Origin: Nitrosopumilus sp.
Lineage (GTDB): Archaea > Thermoproteota > Nitrososphaeria > Nitrososphaerales > Nitrosopumilaceae
Direction: 5' to 3'
Assembly: GCA_965238275.1 (NCBI GenBank)
Contig: OZ250186.1
Coordinates: 512,001-576,000 of the forward strand
Length of the DNA: 64,000 nucleotides
Notes under the pieces: model-generated
The model's input: only the letters and a program-made list of their open reading frames with translations
Told to the model about the DNA's origin: nothing
Database searches by the model: none
Shown: piece by piece, positions 50,719 through 61,122 of the stretch
Position numbering within the stretch: the first letter of the stretch is position 1
Layout: the number at the start of each line of letters is the position of its first letter
Translations under genes and position numbers: made by a program

Positions 50719-52969
50719 TGGCATCCCCGTGTGATTTTCTCATTGATGCCAGACGTCCCTCCTTTCTGGGTTTCACTATCAGGACATACGCTGATGCCAC
50801 TAAATAAACACCAAGCAGGGCAATCTGGGCTACCACTGTCTCCAGTGTGGGGTATATTCCCGTCATCGTGGCCAGGTTGATATCCAGTCGGGGAATGGTA
50901 CCAAACATCGCAGTGTACGGCACTATGTCCAGCACCTGAAGCTCCCTTACGGCGTTTCCAAGGAATGTGATGGACATGTATGCGCCAACGCCCATTGTAA
51001 GGCCGAACAGAGCACGCAGGGGTAGCCTTCTTCCAAGTTTCCGCATCAGATAGTATATCAGGAATAGTACTGCCAATCCAGCAATGAGCCCAACTGCAAG
51101 ATATCCCTCCATGTATTTGGCAAATCCAGACATGGCCTGATAGAAGAGTACAGTCTCGAATCCCTCCCGATATACGGTAAAGAATGCCAGCATGACAAAG
51201 ACCATCACGCTGCCGGTGGTGGTTGCCTGCCATACTTTTGCCTTGACAAACTCCATCCACTTCTTGTGTTCGATCTTGTTTAGAACCCAGAAGCTGACAT
51301 AGAAGAGCATGGCAGTGGCAGACAGCGCTGCAATGGCCTCTATGAGTTCACGGTTTGCGCCGGATATCTCTATGATGTATGATGCAACAAACCAGGTCAG
51401 GCCGGTGGCGCCAATGGCTCCTATGACCCCGTAGTATACATGCTTTTTGAAGCGGTTGTTTCGTGATGCCTCAAGATACGTAAGAATGGCTCCCAGGATC
51501 AGAACCGACTCCAGACCCTCGCGAAATATTATTGCAAAGGATGATGAGAATGCAATTAGTGGTGCCAGAGTTCCTGTTCCGGTTACCAGTCGTTCGGACT
51601 CGTCCAGATTCCGCTCTATGGAAATTGCGACCTCTCGAACCTCCTCAAGGTCGGCCTGCTGGTTTATGAGATTCCGCAGGGTGGCAAACTGAAACTCGAC
51701 TTCGAGGGTAAAGTCGGGATCGATTGCCCTGAGTGGAATCTCCACGTACTCGTAGCTGTCAAGATACGCAGTCCGTGCAGACGTGTAGGCTGCCTGGTAG
51801 TCCCCGTTCTCGTGCTGAATCAGCATCTCCTGAAGGGTAGTGCGGATAAAGTCGATCTCGTCTCTGACGCCGGATTTTTCCTCACTTGTCGCATCGCCCC
51901 TCTCCAGAAGAACTCTTTCAGGAGCTGCTGTTGCTGCTTGCGCAAATCCTTCTGCACCCAGTTCTGCCACCTTTGATTCGACGATGTCAAGATCAGGCAG
52001 GATCGATTCTTCTAAAAATTCCCGGATTTGTCCGGCATCCTGTTTCTCTTTAATCATACCCCGCAGCACCTCCCTCATGTCCCACTCTAGAGCGGAGAGT
52101 AGATCGGGGTCGACCTTTTCAATGTCAGACTCCAGATACTCAAAGTTTTCAAGATATGCCTCCACTGCCAGATCCTCTGCTGCCACATAATTCCCGTCAT
52201 CCACGGATTCAAGCAGATCTGCGTACAGAGCACGGATTGTGTCATAGAGCTCCTGTTTGTCATATGAGAGTGGTTGGTACTCTGTAAGATCACGGTTTAT
52301 TGCCGTGATCAGGGTTCCAACCGAATGAAAGTCGTCCCTTGCCTCTATCTTCCCCTGGAGCTCTATTAGAAATGAGGTAATCTCCTTGGTCAATCGCTCG
52401 TCGTAATCGGTGTTTGGGAATAATTCATGGGCCCGTTCTGTCAGGGCCAGGGAAAGATCATACAGTATGGGGTTTTCGTCTGTAACGGCAGTCTGATACT
52501 GCTCGTCTACCACCGTTATCATCATGGCAATGACCGTTCCATAGTTGGGATTGGCAGCCTCATACTGGTCTAGGAGACTCTTGGATTTGTCAATATCTGA
52601 GATTATCTGCTGGGATTCTACGGTACCAATTCCGTTATGAATGTCCAAGAGGAGCAGATGAATCTCGTCTGTGACGACGGAGTTTGAAGTCCTTAGATTC
52701 TGCAGGTGCAGTGGAAAGATCTCGGTATTGATCCTAGAGAGGGTCTTTGCATCTTCAGCACTATCTAGGTGTTGTTTGGCCAGATCCAGCGAAGATGACA
52801 GGAGTTCGGAGATGAACAGTACGGACGTGTCGGATTCTGAAAAGGTCTCGGTATCTGCATGGATATCGGTTTTAGGTACCAGTGCCAGTACAAGCAGAAA
52901 TGCGATTAAGATTCGTACGTAATTTAATCTAGGGAAGACCAATATGTTGAGAGACATAGATGAGGTCAA
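50708..52969 (-). CDS. FTR1-family iron permease with large acidic extracellular N-terminus
   Basis: Two RExxE motifs (REGLE, REGFE) in a 7-TM C-terminus; repeated AYL(E/D)x(F/Y)EY helical domains; start uncertain. Confidence 0.9.
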   Translation of the reverse strand: MTSSMSLNILVFPRLNYVRILIAFLLVLALVPKTDIHADTETFSESDTSVLFISELLSSSLDLAKQHLDSAEDAKTLSRINTEIFPLHLQNLRTSNSVVTDEIHLLLLDIHNGIGTVESQQIISDIDKSKSLLDQYEAANPNYGTVIAMMITVVDEQYQTAVTDENPILYDLSLALTERAHELFPNTDYDERLTKEITSFLIELQGKIEARDDFHSVGTLITAINRDLTEYQPLSYDKQELYDTIRALYADLLESVDDGNYVAAEDLAVEAYLENFEYLESDIEKVDPDLLSALEWDMREVLRGMIKEKQDAGQIREFLEESILPDLDIVESKVAELGAEGFAQAATAAPERVLLERGDATSEEKSGVRDEIDFIRTTLQEMLIQHENGDYQAAYTSARTAYLDSYEYVEIPLRAIDPDFTLEVEFQFATLRNLINQQADLEEVREVAISIERNLDESERLVTGTGTLAPLIAFSSSFAIIFREGLESVLILGAILTYLEASRNNRFKKHVYYGVIGAIGATGLTWFVASYIIEISGANRELIEAIAALSATAMLFYVSFWVLNKIEHKKWMEFVKAKVWQATTTGSVMVFVMLAFFTVYREGFETVLFYQAMSGFAKYMEGYLAVGLIAGLAVLFLIYYLMRKLGRRLPLRALFGLTMGVGAYMSITFLGNAVRELQVLDIVPYTAMFGTIPRLDINLATMTGIYPTLETVVAQIALLGVYLVASAYVLIVKPRKEGRLASMRKSHGDANVK

Positions 52970-53012
52970 TATTTAAAAGAGATTCTCATTTTATAGATAT
53001 AGAACAAATGCG

Positions 53013-53733
53013 TAGTAGGGGCCAAAACAATCCGATCACCCTCGGTCAATAATTCCGAAAACTACCGAACCTCATGAAATAATTTGCCCGTCAGTGCTGT
53101 GTCCGGTTGGACTGAATGCCTCGGGGCATACATTCAGATCATAGGTATGTTCATATGCGCTTATGATGACTGTTGCCGAAGAAAAACAAGGCGTCGCCGA
53201 CCCCGGCCGTCGCGCAAGGACCGTTCCCGCAACCTGACTGGCATCCGGACAAAAGAGGCTCGAGGCCGGATCCCTGTTCATGCCGAACGTGAGCGAAAAG
53301 AAGCTGGTGCGGATGTGCGCAAAAGAGAAGAACGTTCTGGCCAAGCTCAGGATGCTTGCATGCATAGTAGGGGCCAAAACAATCCGATCACCCTCGGTCA
53401 ATAATTCCGAAAACTACCGAACCTCATGAAATAATTTGCCCGTCAGTGCTGTGTCCGGTTGGACTGAATGCCTCGGGGCATACATTCAGATCATAGGTAT
53501 GTTCATATGCGCTTATGATGACTGTTGCCGAAGAAAAACAAGGCGTCGCCGACCCCGGCCGTCGCGCAAGGACCGTTCCCGCAACCGGACTGGCATCCGG
53601 ACAAAAGAGGCTCGAGGCCGGATCCCTGTTCATGCCGAACGTGAGCGAAAAGAAGCTGGTGCGGATGTGCGCAAAAGAGAAGAACGTTCTGGCCAAGCTC
53701 AGGATGCTTGCATGCTCAGGATGCTTGCATGCA
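53013..53733. repeat. Two extra tandem copies of the IS630 left end and first transposase codons
   Basis: Copies start at 53013, 53365, 53734 (tagtaggggccaaaacaatccg); periods 352 and 369 bp. Confidence 0.95.
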
Positions 53734-55011
53734 TAGTAGGGGCCAAAACAATCCGATCACCCTCGGTCAATAATTCCGAAAACTACCGAACCTCATGAAA
53801 TAATTTGCCCGTCAGTGCTGTGTCCGGTTGGACTGAATGCCTCGGGGCATACATTCAGATCATAGGTATGTTCATATGCGCTTATGATGACTGTTGCCGA
53901 AGAAAAACAAGGCGTCGCCGACCCCGGCCGTCGCGCAAGGACCGTTCCCGCAACCGGACTGGCATCCGGACAAAAGAGGCTCGAGGCCGGATCCCTGTTC
54001 ATGCCGAACGTGAGCGAAAAGAAGCTGGTGCGGATGTGCGCAAAAGAGAAGAACGTTCTGGCCAAGCTCAGGATGCTTGCGTGCATCATGAGAAAGCAGA
54101 GCCACAGCATCAGGGAGATCTGCAGGAAGCTTGTCATGCCGTATTCCACCGTGCGCGACTGGTTGGTGCGGATGCAGGAGCGGGGATTGAGGGCCAGGTT
54201 CAACCGAATGCGCAGAGGCAGGAAAAGCAAGATGCCCAAGTCTTTTTCCAGGACAATTCGAGCGTGGCTGAACAACGAGCCAAAAAAGTACGGATTCGAG
54301 TCCGGCTCCTGGCAGCTCAACTTGGTGCTGGAGATGATCCGGCGGAAGTTTGGAATGGACTGCAAGGAGCGCACGCTGCGAAGGATGCTCAAAAGGATCG
54401 GGTTCTCCTACCGAAAGGCAAGGCCGGTTCCGCCCAAGTCAGCCTCGGAAAGCGAACAAGAAGAGTTCAAGGCAGCGGCCGGCAAGAGGGCAAGGGATCT
54501 GGCCAATGAAGGGTGCGCCGTGTTCGTCGAAGACGAGGCCGCAGTCGGCATGTCGCAGGAACCGGGCTACGGGTGGAGGCCCACGGGAGGACGCGACGAG
54601 ATCCAGACCGGGTTCTCGAAAAAGGCCGTCAGCCTGCTTGGCATCATGGGCACAGATACCCTCTACGTCCGCGTGGCAGATTCTGCAAACTCTGAGACGT
54701 TCAAGGAGTTCCTCGAGGATGTCCGCAGGAATCACCCAAAATTTTACATGGTTCTGGACAACGCGTCGTACCACCATTCCCACAAGGTTCAAGAATACGT
54801 GGCCGGCACTGGCGGTGACGTAAAGCTGGAATTTCTCCCGCCCCGCACGCCGCAGCTTAACCAGATTGAAAACGTCTGGAGGGATCTCAAGAGACGACTG
54901 GCAGGCAGGTACTTCAAATCCCCCGAGGAGCTAAAGGCGGCGATAACGATAATCCTTGAAAAAGAGATGGGCAACCGACTTGTGGGCTATCTGGTAAATT
55001 AGCCACATTAG
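53734..55011 (+). mobile_element. IS630-family insertion sequence
   Basis: Encodes the transposase below; TA at both putative ends; TIRs only weakly discernible. Confidence 0.8.
54001..55002 (+). CDS. IS630-family transposase (apparently intact)
   Basis: HTH-HTH; GFSYRKARP; EDEA, LDNASYH, PQLNQIENVW (DDE). Confidence 0.93.
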   Translation: MPNVSEKKLVRMCAKEKNVLAKLRMLACIMRKQSHSIREICRKLVMPYSTVRDWLVRMQERGLRARFNRMRRGRKSKMPKSFSRTIRAWLNNEPKKYGFESGSWQLNLVLEMIRRKFGMDCKERTLRRMLKRIGFSYRKARPVPPKSASESEQEEFKAAAGKRARDLANEGCAVFVEDEAAVGMSQEPGYGWRPTGGRDEIQTGFSKKAVSLLGIMGTDTLYVRVADSANSETFKEFLEDVRRNHPKFYMVLDNASYHHSHKVQEYVAGTGGDVKLEFLPPRTPQLNQIENVWRDLKRRLAGRYFKSPEELKAAITIILEKEMGNRLVGYLVN

Positions 55012-55577
55012 TGTGAAAATTTATTCTTGCGTGTGAAATAATACGGATCCCTGTTTGCCTGTCACCTGATTTCTGTGCAAGCCGTGGTTTCAACCACGTC
55101 AGGTTTGACAAGTGCATGATTATATGGTTAATTTAGCCAAAGGTGAGCGGATTGTTCTGGCCTATACTATGCGTATAAGATTTTACGGGCAAGTATCAGA
55201 ATCATGATGGTTTTTGAGATAGTGCTACAAACTTTATGATTGACAGTCCTCCCGGTGCCGGCACGTGTCAAAAACACTGCCAAGAGATCAGCCGAACCGT
55301 ACGATATATTGTGTTTTTCGGAGAACTCGATGGAATACGGTAAACAGCGCAGGGTTGATTGCGTTAAATGCGGATTCTGTGGACAAGAGCCAACACTTGC
55401 TTGTCGCGTACCATCGTATGTGACTTGCAGGTGCCACGTTTAATCACCGGGCATCCAAAAAACTGGCACCCTGGCTATTCCTCACGAATATAGCGTGCAA
55501 GGCAAAGCCTTGAAAAGTACATTTCCATCTACTGTTCAAAAAGATGGGCTTAAATAATTAGAAACGTTTTGTCCTCC

Positions 55578-55670
55578 GGGCTTGTGGCGCAGAGTCAGCA
55601 TGACGCGAAGTATGGATAGCGTGGTAGCCTCCTAAGTTACAGGTCGAGGGATCGAAGCCCTCCAAGCCCG
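55578..55670 (+). tRNA. tRNA-Arg(CCT) with 18-nt non-canonical D-loop intron (55593-55610)
   Basis: GGGCTTG/CAAGCCC acceptor; GTAGC-CTCCTAA-GTTAC anticodon arm; removing the intron restores the D-arm GCGC-AGTATGGATA-GCGT. Confidence 0.88.
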
Positions 55671-55750
55671 TCTTATTCCACACTGTAAAATACGAAAGGT
55701 GTAATTTCAGACAGTCGGAAATATAAGGATCAGCATGAGTGATTCAGCGT

Positions 55751-56290
55751 ATGAGGGTCGTAGTGATATCAGGCAGCCCGAGAAAGGACGCAGTAACGCA
55801 GGTGATGATGAAGTACGTCTTTGAGTATGCAAAGTCAAAAAACCCGGATACAAAGCTGATCAATCTCTCAAAAGGCCAGATAGAGTGCTATCGCGGTTAT
55901 GGCGAGCAGTACAACGAGGCCACGATGGAGGCGGCAAGGGACATCACGGAGGCCGATGTCTGGCTGGTTGGCACCCCGATTTACAACTCGTTTTTCAGTT
56001 CGGCACTAAAGAACCTCTTCGAGTACATAAACTACAAAAAGACGCCTGGAAAGGTAGCAGGCATGGCAATCATGGCAGCAGGCAACATAGGATTTACAGA
56101 CGTACAGACGCTGCTCACGCAGCTGATGTCATACTTTAGGGTGGTGGCAAACCCAAAGGCGGTATACCTAACCACCGAATCAGTCAGCGGGAATGCCGTC
56201 TCGGATTCAGGGGCACAGGACAGGCTAAGGGAGATGGTCGACGAGACGCTGGAGATTGCCTCCAAGCTACAGACACCAGGCCAGTCATGA
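55751..56290 (+). CDS. NADPH-dependent FMN reductase
   Basis: ISGSPR, TPIYN...LKN flavodoxin-like motifs. Confidence 0.9.
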   Translation: MRVVVISGSPRKDAVTQVMMKYVFEYAKSKNPDTKLINLSKGQIECYRGYGEQYNEATMEAARDITEADVWLVGTPIYNSFFSSALKNLFEYINYKKTPGKVAGMAIMAAGNIGFTDVQTLLTQLMSYFRVVANPKAVYLTTESVSGNAVSDSGAQDRLREMVDETLEIASKLQTPGQS

Positions 56291-56485
56291 TAAACCCTGT
56301 CAGAGATCATGGGTGTGACGGGGATCCTGCAAAGGTCAAATATTGATACGGTTGTAGTGTTGTTGTGAAGGATCCCACCGAGATGTGCCCCTGCAAGTGT
56401 CATTACGGAGGGGCCGTAAGCTGCCCCGGGTGCAAGGACAACCATGGAATATCATGCAGCCACTGCAAGGGTATGAACTAGCCGG

Positions 56486-56824
56486 TTACGGATCCCTGTC
56501 TGAGGCAGTCTCGGCATAGCTTATGGCGCCAACCTGTCTTTCGGCCTTTGGGGGCTCCTGATCGCCGGAGGTTGTTATGGAGATTATCGGCGCGTCTATG
56601 GCAGACTGTCCTGCATCATGGGCGATGGAGGGCTTGTGCACATAGTCGGCACTCTTTTGGGCCAGCCAGCACATGAGTGTCAGAAACCAGATGATTGGGA
56701 CTGCCATGGTAAATATAAAGTTCAGCACGGGAGCAAAGTCAAGAAAGTAGAACCACAGGCCGGTCAGAACGGCTGCAAATGCGCCTGTCGAGACGGTGGC
56801 CAGCTGATTTCCCATATAGCCCAT
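56486..56824 (-). CDS. Hypothetical two-TM membrane protein
   Basis: Two hydrophobic helices plus polar tail. Confidence 0.7.
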   Translation of the reverse strand: MGYMGNQLATVSTGAFAAVLTGLWFYFLDFAPVLNFIFTMAVPIIWFLTLMCWLAQKSADYVHKPSIAHDAGQSAIDAPIISITTSGDQEPPKAERQVGAISYAETASDRDP

Positions 56825-56884
56825 GAATTATGTAGGAATTCGTGTTTTATATTAGTGATGTTACGGCGGGAGAATGAATCCGGA

Positions 56885-57118
56885 TTATTCTGGGGGCGCA
56901 GACTCTATCTCAGATATGCGTGACTGAAGGATGTCTATCTTTTTGAGCATGTCCAGCCTCAAGTCCCGCGCGACCCTCCTCACGGTAGGTCTTGGGACTT
57001 CAAGATCAGTGACTATCTTGGTGTAGATGTCCTGCTTGTCTGTAATGCCCTGCTCTATACAGGACTCGATTGCCTTTTTGATCTCTACGGTCTGGTTTGT
57101 CTGGTTCAATGGGTTCAA
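56885..57118 (-). CDS. Small HTH-like hypothetical protein
   Basis: KQDIYTKIVTDLEVPRPTVRRVAR HTH pattern. Confidence 0.7.
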   Translation of the reverse strand: MNPLNQTNQTVEIKKAIESCIEQGITDKQDIYTKIVTDLEVPRPTVRRVARDLRLDMLKKIDILQSRISEIESAPPE

Positions 57119-57228
57119 GTACCGATCATCATATATAATTGCTATAATTTCTGCCGCACCAAGACGCCTGCGACATCAAGAGAGATGTTCTGAAAAGACT
57201 CTTATGATAAGGCGCCAAAGCAGTCAAG

Positions 57229-57705
57229 ATGACAGACGTAAGCATCGAGACCAATTTCGGAAGAATCTCAATCAGGCTTCTGCCTGATCTGGCTCCCGAG
57301 ACGGTTAGAAATTTTGAAAAGCTTGCAAGGGACGGATTCTATGACGGAACGCTCTTTCACAGGGTCATTCCAGGATTTATGATCCAGGGAGGGGATCCGA
57401 ACACAAAGACGAACAACAAGGGCTCTTGGGGTACCGGAGGACCCGGATACGCCATCAAGGCAGAGTTCAACACCAGATCCCACCAGCGCGGCATAGTCTC
57501 CATGGCAAGGTCACAGGATCCGGACAGTGCAGGATCGCAGTTCTTCATAGTTACAACCGACAGCCCGTTCTTGGACAGACAGTACACCGTGTTTGGCCAG
57601 GTGACAGACGGCATGGATGTGACCGACAAGATTGTAAGCCTTCAGAGGGACAGAAACGACTGCCCGCTGGAGAAGGCGCAGATGCTTCACGTAAAGGTGG
57701 GGTAG
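57229..57705 (+). CDS. Cyclophilin-type peptidyl-prolyl isomerase
   Basis: FHRVIPGFMIQGGD, SMAR, AGSQFFI, YTVFGQV. Confidence 0.96.
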   Translation: MTDVSIETNFGRISIRLLPDLAPETVRNFEKLARDGFYDGTLFHRVIPGFMIQGGDPNTKTNNKGSWGTGGPGYAIKAEFNTRSHQRGIVSMARSQDPDSAGSQFFIVTTDSPFLDRQYTVFGQVTDGMDVTDKIVSLQRDRNDCPLEKAQMLHVKVG

Positions 57706-58593
57706 ATGAGGGCTAGTCTCCTTGTATTTTTTGTAATTCCGTTAGTTCTTGCAGTCCAGTATGCAGAGGCCCAGGATTCCGAAACCCGGCAGGCAGAACA
57801 GAGACTAGTCGAGATGACCTTTGATGGACAGGGCAACGCACATGTCAGGCATGTGGCAGCACCGTCTGACTCTCAGGCCGGGATGGCGCTGATACCCGGG
57901 GATGCCAGAAACCTCTCAGTTGTAGACCAGTCCGGCCGGCCGCAGCTGGTAGTCAGCGACGGCCGCACAGTTACCATCATGCCCTCAGAGAGCCACACCA
58001 TAGTGACCTATGACCTGAATGATGCAGCAGTCCTGATCAACGGCATGTGGACCATAGAGTTTCGGTACCCGGAGACGACTACATTTCTATTTCCCGAGGA
58101 GGTGGATCTGGTGTTCATAAACGACGGGCCGCTGCGCTTTGAGGACGCCGAGGGATTCAACTGCCACGGGTGCCAGCTTACCTTAAAGTATGCCACAGAC
58201 GAGCCAAGGAACCTGATGCCGGCAAGCTGGGAGGGACAGGAGTTTATGGTGGAGGTGAGGACGTTTGCAGAGATTGAGGACTTTGGGTTCAGCCAGCCCT
58301 CAAAGGAGATCAGTTTCAGCTCCGACTGGGACGGCCGGTTCGTTACGGTGGTAATCCCCCAGGAGCTGCTGTGGGGGCCGTACGCCGTATTCCAAGATGA
58401 CAGGACGATTCCGTTTAACGATTACACAAGTAATGGAACCCACGTATGGGTGAACATGAAGCCGGATGCTTCTGGCACAATTACAATCGTGGGAACCACG
58501 GTGGTTCCCGAGTTCTCGATAGTGGCCCCGCTGGCAGCCGGATTCCTGGCAGTCCTTGCAGTACCGCTGATAAGAAAGGCTACTCTCCGCTAG
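57706..58593 (+). CDS. Secreted protein with PEFG-CTERM-like anchor
   Basis: Signal peptide; IVGTTVVPEF plus TM plus basic tail; CHGC motif. Confidence 0.8.
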   Translation: MRASLLVFFVIPLVLAVQYAEAQDSETRQAEQRLVEMTFDGQGNAHVRHVAAPSDSQAGMALIPGDARNLSVVDQSGRPQLVVSDGRTVTIMPSESHTIVTYDLNDAAVLINGMWTIEFRYPETTTFLFPEEVDLVFINDGPLRFEDAEGFNCHGCQLTLKYATDEPRNLMPASWEGQEFMVEVRTFAEIEDFGFSQPSKEISFSSDWDGRFVTVVIPQELLWGPYAVFQDDRTIPFNDYTSNGTHVWVNMKPDASGTITIVGTTVVPEFSIVAPLAAGFLAVLAVPLIRKATLR

Positions 58594-58717
58594 AGCCGCA
58601 GGAGCAAAACCCATACTCGTCAATACGGGTATTGCAGATCGGGCACTTCTCCCCATAGCTTACCTCCCATGGCTCCTTTCCAAAGAGGCGGAAGTGATCA
58701 TCGATCTCAATGGGGAT
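58580..58717 (-). CDS. Small Zn-finger protein (start codon uncertain)
   Basis: PIEIDDHFRLFGKEPWE...CPIC...GFCSCG. Confidence 0.6.
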   Translation of the reverse strand: MPIEIDDHFRLFGKEPWEVSYGEKCPICNTRIDEYGFCSCGSSGE

Positions 58718-58777
58718 GGTTCTCTTCTTTTCCAATGAATGGTATAAGTAATCAGGGTATAGATACATTGCCAGGAT

Positions 58778-58969
58778 ATGAGGGTGGAATGCGGATGCCA
58801 CTGTATAAGGTGCAGCAGCACGGATCTGGAATCGTACAGAACCGGGAAGACAGAAGAGGACGGGTATTTTGACATGCACCACACATGCAGGCGCTGCAAC
58901 GCCCACTTTGATCATCTGGAAGGGGAGATCTTTACAGAGTGCAAAGGGTGCAGATACCCTACTAGCTGA
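58778..58969 (+). CDS. Small Cys/His-rich Zn-binding protein
   Basis: CGCHCIRC, HHTCRRC, CKGC. Confidence 0.72.
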   Translation: MRVECGCHCIRCSSTDLESYRTGKTEEDGYFDMHHTCRRCNAHFDHLEGEIFTECKGCRYPTS

Positions 58970-59510
58970 CTAAAAGCGGCCTTCGGGCAGCAGCATAGCA
59001 GACATGGTTTCCGTCAGAGTCCTTTACAAGCCTCTTGCCTGTAGCCATCAGCACCATTGCCTTGGATACGTCCAGACGGCTTGCGGCCCAGCCGTTCTCC
59101 CTGAGATGCTGGACAGTCTCTGTGACGGTCCGTGGAGTGTCAAAGAATCCGGCTGCCCCAATTGCCAGCAGTTTTGAGGGGATCTCACCTGCGGCAATGT
59201 TCTCAGGTTCGGTAAATTCCGGCTCATACACCTCGGCCTCATCAAGCATGCCCAGTACCGGGATCCGGGATGCGTCAGGCAGTTCTTCTGAGGATGCAGA
59301 AAATTCCGTTTCAGGCTGCATGGTCTCCTCATCAGAGATAGACTCGTCGGCCAGGGCCTCCTCTACGGCATATACGATCTTTGCCCTGCTGTCTGACAGA
59401 TACTGTGACAGTCCGTCTATGACATCGCCAAGCGTCTGGTTGTCAACATAGATGTCCCTGGAGTCGACTTCGATCTCATCTTCGCCCAGCTTTAGACGTA
59501 TACGTGCCAA
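58962..59510 (-). CDS. Hypothetical protein with C-terminal wHTH-like region
   Basis: Acidic linker; GFFDTPRTVTETVQHLRENGW. Confidence 0.7.
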   Translation of the reverse strand: MARIRLKLGEDEIEVDSRDIYVDNQTLGDVIDGLSQYLSDSRAKIVYAVEEALADESISDEETMQPETEFSASSEELPDASRIPVLGMLDEAEVYEPEFTEPENIAAGEIPSKLLAIGAAGFFDTPRTVTETVQHLRENGWAASRLDVSKAMVLMATGKRLVKDSDGNHVCYAAARRPLLVS

Positions 59511-59640
59511 TGAAGGGTAATGGGGAAGGAAGGATTTATCCTATAGTATCTAATCTGCTTGAAGATTAGATCAAAAAATTTACACAAATTATCGGGGTTT
59601 TTTACCATTCGGGTTAAATGGTTCTTCCCCGATACAGTGC

Positions 59641-60088
59641 GATGGTATCAAGAAGACATGGAGCGGCAGTCATATGCATGCTGGGCGTGGCCATATTCGG
59701 ATATACGCAGTACATGCTAGTCTCGCAGGTGGAGGCAGACATCATCCAGAGCGACCGCCTAGATGACGGCGGGACGGGTTCCGAGTATGACATCAAGTTA
59801 ATGTTTAACAATCCCTCCCTGCTGATACTGACAGCCGGCCAGACTGAGTTTCTGGTGATCGGAGACGACGGGATGCTTGGAAAGGGAAGCCTGGAGGCAT
59901 TTACGATCAACCCGCTTGACGATGCCGTTGTCAGCGGCACCTACCGTGCAGATTCCGGAGACGACGGGGCCGAGTCGGTATGGATAACCGGGGTTACAAG
60001 ATATGACATTCTTGTAGCATCAGTCGATGTTCCGTTTACATACCATCCAACAGACACACAGGTAATGGAATTTATACGTCAGGGCTGA
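59641..60088 (+). CDS. Membrane-anchored LEA_2-like hypothetical protein
   Basis: TM then YDIKLMFNNPS. Confidence 0.65.
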
Positions 60089-60099
60089 GATCCCCTCAG

Positions 60100-60993
60100 A
60101 TGCTGACTGTGTTTGGTTCTGTTGCACTGGATACAATCAGGTGCCCCAGATGGGTCAAAACCGAGATGCTGGGTGGCTCTGCCACGTATGCGGCAATATC
60201 TGCAAGCAACTTTGTAGACACGGGGCTGATTACGGCAGTCGGAAGCGACTTTCCGGAAGGGTACCATGACATACTCTCAAGGCATCTGAATCTGCAGGGA
60301 CTGACAGTCAGGGAGGGCAGGACCTTCAGGTATGACGGGGAGTATGACGGCACGTTCAGCACCAGGACGGCCCTGAAGACGGAGTTGAACGTGGTGGAAG
60401 GATTCGTGCCGGCGGTTCCAGAGGAGTACAGGGATTCCAAGTTTGTCTATCTGGCAAACAACGACCCGGAGCAGAACACGTCATTGCTTGGAGAGTTTGA
60501 CGGGGTGGAATTTTCAATGTGCGATACCATAGATTTCTGGATCTCCACCAAGCGGGAGTCGGTAATCAGGATGATAAAGGCAGTCGACGCAGTTGTGATT
60601 AATGACGAGGAGGCCAGACTCCTTACAAAGGAGCACAACCTGGTAAGGTGCGCAAGAATCATGATGGAGTGGGGGGCAGACTATGTCATTATCAAGAAGG
60701 GGGAGCACGGCGCCCTGACGTTTTATCAGGATGAGGTATTTCCCACGCCGGGATTTCCGCTGGAAGACGTTGCAGACCCCACCGGAGCCGGGGACGCCTT
60801 TGCCGGAGCCGTAATGGGATATCTTTCAGACGGGGGAACAGTCGGCATATCGGAGATCAGAAAGGCAGTCACGTACGGGAATGTTCTGGGATCCTTTGCA
60901 GTCCAGGGGTACGGCCTGGACGGACTGTTGGGGATAAGCGACGGGGACATATCTGCAAGGGCAGAGACGTACAGGAATATGCTTGGAATATGA
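60100..60993 (+). CDS. PfkB-family carbohydrate kinase
   Basis: GGSATY, NDEEA, KKGEHG, DPTGAGDAFAG. Confidence 0.93.
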   Translation: MLTVFGSVALDTIRCPRWVKTEMLGGSATYAAISASNFVDTGLITAVGSDFPEGYHDILSRHLNLQGLTVREGRTFRYDGEYDGTFSTRTALKTELNVVEGFVPAVPEEYRDSKFVYLANNDPEQNTSLLGEFDGVEFSMCDTIDFWISTKRESVIRMIKAVDAVVINDEEARLLTKEHNLVRCARIMMEWGADYVIIKKGEHGALTFYQDEVFPTPGFPLEDVADPTGAGDAFAGAVMGYLSDGGTVGISEIRKAVTYGNVLGSFAVQGYGLDGLLGISDGDISARAETYRNMLGI

Positions 60994-61122
60994 GGCAGCC
61001 AGATCCTCTGATTTTGGTGTGTACCGGCGTTTCATCCCATGCGGCTTGATTCCTGAATATGGGAGTTTTTGAAAGACTTAAGTCGTGTGATCCGCTGGGT
61101 AAAATTGCTGTTGGCGCAAGAC

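Noticed and set aside
53072-54509. Repeated ORFs MPVSAVSGW... and antisense equivalents
   Set aside because: Alternative frames of the triplicated IS630 left end.
55012-55570. att site or ncRNA upstream of tRNA-Arg
   Set aside because: No tRNA-fragment duplication or convincing structure found by eye.
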